From Eledone cirrhosa (Eukaryota): a stretch of 64,000 bases of DNA. The notes under the pieces are model-generated. The model saw only the letters and a program-made list of their open reading frames with translations, made no database searches and was not told where the DNA came from. A program made the translations under genes and the position numbers. The stretch lies in NCBI GenBank assembly GCA_964016885.1, contig OZ024741.1:390972001-391036000 (forward strand). Reading direction: 5' to 3'. Shown here piece after piece: positions 57,585-64,000 of this stretch. Each line of letters opens with the position of its first letter. Position 1 is the stretch's first letter.

Positions 57585-58477
57585 ATATAAATGAAAGTAT
57601 AGAAATTGTTGTGAGCGTGAAGCCAACAGTATTTCATAATATATATAAGTGACTATAACGTTAAAATGGAAAAATAGTTAACGTAAGATGTGGGAAAATA
57701 ATTCAAACTCAATTAAAAAAAAAATCAAGACAGATTTATCCATAGAATTTTGTGAAATCCAGGGAAAATCAATAGAGCCTTAACTCAGAATAAAATAAAG
57801 TTTAAATATCATCCTTCAATTTGGAAAAACTACAAATGCTCTGTATAGTCTTAAAAAGACTATTCCGAGAAATTTTCAGTGGGGATGGTCACGGTTGGAG
57901 TTGTTCATCAGCAGAGCTCAAACATGATAACCCAAAATCCACTGTAGAATATGCCAAAAAGGGAATTTAAAGATAGGCTAGTTCGTACGTAATTATGAAA
58001 AATAAACGCGCATGAAGAGACATGGCTGGTGACGTCAGAATGAGACGAATGTCTGTTTACATGAAACAGCAGTCAAAAAATATTCCGAAAAAAACTCTAC
58101 AAGTGTAAGGAGTTCATAGCAATATTATCGCGTTTTTTCTTTTTAAAAAGACCCGGATTAGTCACAAATTATTTTAAGCACTCTAGGAAAATTCCGAGTA
58201 TAAATATAAATGAAAGTATAGAAATTGTTGTGAGAGTGAAGCCAACAGTATTTTATAATATATAAGTGACTATAACGTCAAAATGGAAAAATAGTTAACG
58301 TAAGATGTGGGAAAATAATTCAAACTCAATAAAAAAAAAATCAAGACAGATTTATCCATAGAATTTTGTGAAATCCAGGGAAAAATCAATAGAGCCTTAA
58401 CTCAGAATAAAATAAAGTTTAAATATCATCCTTCAATTTTGAAAAACTACAAATGCTCTGTATAGTCTTAAAAAGAC

Positions 58478-58551
<74 letters not shown>

Positions 58552-59016
58552 TTGGGGAGGGTCATATTTGTGTAATAATATTGCCAGAATTAATAACAGA
58601 ACACACTCACTGTTTGGTTGGTTTTCGCTTCTGTGTCTTTTATATCGGTTAATTTAATTTATTCGGTCCTCAATGTTACCATTGACTGACCAACGGTCAA
58701 ATATACAGATACAATATAGACACAAACACATATATATAGTCTAACAAAGTTCTTTCGTTGCACATCTGCAACATCGTCAGTGCTATTATGTTTCCTCCCG
58801 TTGCATTGTATGCCTACGCCATCTTTATTTAGTCTGTTTATTTATATATATAACTTTGATAACTTTGATCAGTTTCGGCCAGTAATGGCCCATACCATGT
58901 CTACTTTAATAGCATCACCTGCTGATTTTTGTATGTATGTATGTATGTATGTATGTATGTATGTATGTATGTATGTATGTATGTATGTATGTATGTATGT
59001 ATGTATGTATGTATGT

Positions 59017-59889
59017 TTTCTCTTTCTCTTAATTTCGAGTATATTTTTTTGACCGGCCACCTTCCTGGTGGCAAGGTTGTAAAAGAAAAGAAATTGTCAT
59101 CCCTTGAATCGCAAGAATGTTTTGCAAATTTTGAAGGAGCCAGCTATCGCAGCCATTTGTAGACTATGAATTAGGGAGCTGCGCTTTTTGTCCGCAAATC
59201 CAAGTTCAGTCATACTTTGGTCCAAGCGGGTTGGTATATAACCCTTAGCTCCAATAATGATGGGTATGAAGCTAAAGGTGTATCTTGGATACTGGATTTG
59301 TAAACTCCTCATCAATGGTCCGTAGATGTCCTCCTTCTCCTGTATTTTTCTGACAACGTTTACATCAAGTGGGCAGCTGATCTCCACAACAGAACACGTT
59401 TTCAATGTGTGGTCCCAAACAACAATATCAGGCCGGTTGTGCTTTAATTTGGTGGCAGTTTTTATTTTCAGGTTCCATCAGTATTCCTTAGTGCCATCTG
59501 TCTCAATATATTCTTTTTCGTTTGTTGTTAATTTTGTTTTCCGAAGTGCGTTCCAGATGGTTCTAGCTATCCCATCGTGTCTCATGGGGAGGTAGTAGCG
59601 AGATGACACTCTTTCGCAGCTGGCAACAATGTGGCTTACATCCTCGATCTTTGTTTTACATAGCCTACATTTATTGTCAGCTGCTGGCCCTCCTCTTTTA
59701 TGCAGCAGATATTTGGTAAAGAGTTCTTTTTCCTGTATTGCATAGAGATATCCCACAAGGTGTGATGTCATAAACTTGTCGGAACTCCATGCCAGGCTTT
59801 TTGAGTGGTTTATCCCCTCTATGGTCTGTGTTTTACGCCTCAAGTATCCATGCACAACTTTTTCTGTAAATTGGTCAATTTTTTTATCT
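59017..59889 (-). mobile_element. 5'-truncated R4/Dong LINE flanked by (CATA)n on both sides; extra 3'-end piece at ~60070-60170
   Basis: HGYL, AIQE, CRLCKTK..HIVASC, RHD, RPD..VEISCP..KEDIY. Confidence 0.9.
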
Positions 59890-60202
59890 TGTATGTATGT
59901 ATGTATGTATGTATGTATGTATGTATGTATGTATGTATGTATGTATGTATGTATGTATGCATGCATGTATGTATGTATGTATGTATGTATGTATGTATGT
60001 ACGTGCATACATAACCTTGCCACCAGGAAGGTGGCCATTCAGAAATGTACTCAAAATTACGTATGTTATTCTCTTTCTCTTAATTTCGAGTACATTTTTG
60101 ATCGGCCACCTTCCTGGTGGCGAGGTTGTAAAAGCAAAGAAATTGTCATCCCTTGAATCGCAAAAATGTTTTCCAGATATTGGTCATTTGTAGTCCCCCC
60201 TC

Positions 60203-60279
<77 letters not shown>

Positions 60280-60378
60280 ATAATAATAAATTTGAAGACT
60301 AAAATCCAAAGAGGGCTCGATAAGGATACATATATATCAAATATATAAGAGAACCGTAGAGCAAATATTTATTAAAAT

Positions 60379-60423
<45 letters not shown>

Positions 60424-61342
60424 TGTATATGTGGTTGACGTTAGGAAGAACACCCAGCTGTAGAAACCAACCAAAAATCAGTTCTGAATGAGCAAGGCAT
60501 GGCCATCGTAGCTGGCCTTTCTCACAACGGCACAACTCGTCTTACTCATGCTAGAAAGTCCGACGTGTCGGGCTTTGTCCCTTCTTCAGGAGTACAAAAA
60601 TAGAGACAGGATCATAAAGGATAAAGAAAATAAAAGGCAGTTCAAATAAATTAAAAAAAAAACGAAAATAAAGAGAGTAATTAAGACAAACCAATAGGTA
60701 GTCTTGGTAACGATTTTGAAACGCAGAGTAAAGTGTGTGTGTATTAGTGACGATATTATGTGTGAGTGTAAGTGTATGTTTAAACTTGTGTTATTCTTAA
60801 AGTTATATTGTGTAAAGTATCAAAGATAGTGTGTGTATGTATATATCCATGTGGTATTGGTAGTAGGCATGTATGTGTGAGTGAATGTAAGTTTGAATGT
60901 GTGTATTGTATATGTGCGTTGAAGTAATTTTGTGTGTGTGTAAAGATTTGGCAGTGTTAGCGTATGTCGGTGAAATGTATGGATTTGTGTGTGAGTGTAT
61001 GATTAAATTTTAACATGTGTATGTTGAAGTTTATATTGTGTACATGTAAAGTATCTAACTGTGATATGTATGTAAGCGTGTATGTATTAACGTGTATGTG
61101 TCATAGGATAGAGGAAGTATGTTAGAGAGTATATGACAGAACAGACTAAAGGAAGATGGGTGAGGGGGATGAAAGGTTTGTAAGGAAAAAATAAGTTGTT
61201 GTTCTCTACGCCAGCGCGAGTCAGGGGGTCTGGCACAATGTGCGAGCCCGAAGACACTGAGGTAGCATGTGGAGTGGCCGGTGGATAGAAAATATTCCGA
61301 AGGTTTTCAGTAAATCTATCGGCCAGACGACGGCCAGTTTGA

Positions 61343-61412
<70 letters not shown>

Positions 61413-61413
<1 letters not shown>

Positions 61414-61580
61414 GAGGGTAGGCTGGAAAGTTCATGGGCTGACTATGAAGCAATGATACTCGAGCTGTGCAATCTTGCATGCATTAATTTCAGTGAGGAA
61501 ACCTATTTCTGAGTCTCAGGAACTCACATGCCTAGTTTGAAAACGATTGGACCACTGGTGTTTCAGTGCAATGGAGACAA
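61413..61580 (+). mobile_element. Possible mariner-type remnant
   Basis: TA|CGAGGG..GAAAGTT start typical of mariner TIRs; no partner TIR seen. Confidence 0.4.
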
Positions 61581-62259
61581 ACGTTTGACAAAAGTTTGTC
61601 TTAAGTCAGAAGGCTTGTTAGGCCGGTCCTTGTCCCGGTTTCATGGCGTGAAGTGACTGAGAGTACATGACTTCCCCTGGGGTTAAACTCCCAACTATTG
61701 TTAGTACTCACTTTCAACTGAGTATACTGGAGCAACGTGAAATGTTGCTCCAGTATTTGGTCAAGAACACAACACGCAACCCAGCCCAGAAATTGATAAA
61801 TTAAGAGGGGAGAGAGAGACCGTGAGACAGAAAACAATACCGTTGACAGAGAACGTTGATTTCTGGTATGAACACTTTTTTTTAGTCATAAATTTGTGTT
61901 CCACAAATTCTAAATATAAATTTTCAAACATTTTGACAGACCTTAGTGTTCGTGTGACAGACGGACAAAAAGGTTGAACAGCTATTAAAATACTAGCGGA
62001 CCCATGCTGTCAATAATGTTAGCAATAACATTGAACATTTAATTTTTGGAGTCCAGGATTGGTATGCCATGTTATATACCAAGATTACCGGAACAATGAC
62101 ACAAACGGAAAAACTTGCATTTTCACAAATTAATGGTTTGCATAAGAGAAACCCTATAGTCTATGTTGGTTACCGACACATGGAAGCGATTAAAGATAAG
62201 GATGATATTTTAGTAATTTGTTTCTAGGATATAATTACATAAATGTTCAAAATGAGGAC

Positions 62260-62430
62260 TACTAGGCAGTGGAGTAGAATTAAAGGGTGGTCAAAGGCAA
62301 GATGGCGCGACGATTTGACCCGATACCTCGGCCCCACATAACCCAGTATGGCCAGAGATAGGAAGCATCAATTATGGAGGGTTCCTCCAACAGGAGTGAA
62401 AAGTCCTTGGATTTGGATTTGGATTTGGCT
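62260..62430 (+). mobile_element. RTE-like LINE 3' end
   Basis: KARWRDDL..ARDR fragment followed by a (GGATTT)n tail. Confidence 0.6.
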
Positions 62431-62789
62431 TCAGTCATTGAACATTTGCTCTTTCATATTAGTGTGCGAGAGGAAGAAATACCCTTTCAGCGACTGAAAC
62501 ACCATGTAGTCTCTAGATCTGCTAGAAATAGTAGATAAATCGTACACAATCAACACGTCTTACCACCTTTAATAAAAAAAAAATGGGATAAATTGGACAA
62601 TGTGGTAGTTCTTTGGTATGGTCCCGTAACACCTGATGGAGTCGTAGGGGCGCCGTAGGGGAATACGGCATTTCTTGAGCATTTTAAGCCTGGCGAAGCC
62701 CATACCTCTTCAGGTTTCAAGACAACAGATTTCTTCCATAGAAGGATAGAAAGTGAGAGAGAGAGGAAGCAAAAAAGAGATATAGAGGA

Positions 62790-62928
62790 AGAATCTACCC
62801 AGTACTTGACTGGTACTTATCAACCCAAAGTTGACCCCGACAGGATTTGAACTTAGGGAGCAGAGAGCCGGAACGATTACAACAAAGCACTCTATTCGAC
62901 GTTCTAACGACTCTGCCAATTCGTCGCC
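62790..62928 (-). mobile_element. Diverged copy of the tRNA-derived SINE
   Basis: ccagtac..ctggtacttat..ggatttgaact..tctgccaat. Confidence 0.65.
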
Positions 62929-63135
62929 TAGTAGTTCTATAAAAGAATTTTTAAAAAGCGTATTTCGTCATAAATTATCAGCAAATTCCTGGCGTTTCAT
63001 AGACATGTCCGAATTACGTTCGAATCTCGGTTGAAACAGCTTATGTTTTTTTGAGAAGGTACGATTGTATCAGCTTTCTATTTGTCTCTTCCCATCAAAC
63101 TCTTAAATTATAAGGGCTTTTGTGTTTAGTTGATA

Positions 63136-63280
63136 CTAGCAGAATGGCCCGGCGTTGTTCGGGATTTGCTCTAGGGTTCTTATATATTTGATGTTATTTA
63201 TCCTTATCGAGCCTCGTGAAATAAATACTTTTGTTTATATTTTGTTATTGTGCATGCAAAAATATCTGTACACGAATATA

Positions 63281-63352
<72 letters not shown>

Positions 63353-63925
63353 TAACAGATTAAAGTTTAAGCAAAGAATCGCTGCTTTCACCCTTAACGG
63401 GATCTTCTAAAACTAAAAAAAATCAATCTGTGAACGCAGAAGTAAATATTTCGAAAAACGTTACACACTATATAATATATATATATATACACACACTAAT
63501 ATATACATATATATACACACACACATATAGCGTTATAATGTCGTAATGCAGACAGCCAGACATTCTGAGTTCAAATCCCGCCGAGGTCAACTTTGCCTTT
63601 CATCCTTACGGGGTCGATAAAATAAAGTACCAGTAATGTACTGGGTAATTGCTGGCCTTGTGCCAAAAGTAGAAACAATTATAAGGGCGCAACGTTATAT
63701 CTATGTATCTATCTAAAAAGAAAGACTAAGAATTATAGAGAGAGATCGCTAAATCGCCTACTGCGGTCCCTAGGGCATTGAAAATTTGAAATTGTTTTTG
63801 CTCAAAACACTCACAGGACCATAGTATTATATGTATAAAGTTTAAAAACAATCGGTAGGGTGTTTCTCGAGTTTTAGTGATCTGACACACAGACAGACAG
63901 ACATTTTCTGTTTTAGATATATAGA
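63136..63925 (-). mobile_element. Second copy of Helitron B, with an internal SINE piece (~63565-63681)
   Basis: Both termini and internal blocks match 34705-36244; lacks the 420-bp palindrome. Confidence 0.88.
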
Positions 63926-64000
63926 CAAGACGCTTCATGTAATACTGAGTTTGCAACACTGAGTTATTGCAATACATAGGTTGCACCTCACGGTACTTAT

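Larger units (their letters stand above)
48343..58481 (+). repeat. ~385-bp direct repeat at 48343-48728 and 57587-57971, plus a partial copy at 58206-58481
   Basis: Near-identical copies starting ataaatgaaagtata.aaattgttgtgag.gtgaagcc. Confidence 0.9.

Noticed and set aside
60563-60595. Additional hammerhead (minus strand CTGAAGA..GACAC)
   Set aside because: GAAA is mutated and the 3' part is missing; too degenerate to call.

Overview
AT-rich, microsatellite-dense animal DNA made almost entirely of nested transposable elements; no intact host gene is recognisable. The SINE family and the (TA)n/(CA)n/(CATA)n density suggest a cephalopod such as Octopus (inference). Contents: two Tx1/L1-type LINEs; several R4/Dong-type REL-endonuclease LINEs; at least five Penelope-like elements (PLEs), most with an inverted copy of their 3' end; about ten type I hammerhead ribozyme motifs; tRNA-derived SINEs; RTE-like remnants; several non-autonomous Helitrons; and small foldback elements. 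The best novelty candidate is a frameshifted Helentron/Helitron2-type Rep-PIF1 polyprotein (50691-55852) whose tail carries a USP (peptidase C19) Cys-box and then an SGNH-hydrolase-like C-terminal block. Other leads are hammerhead-bearing fold-back PLE ends inside (TA)n, and R4 elements apparently tied to (CATA)n. All calls come from manual motif reading with no database searches; many boundaries are approximate.
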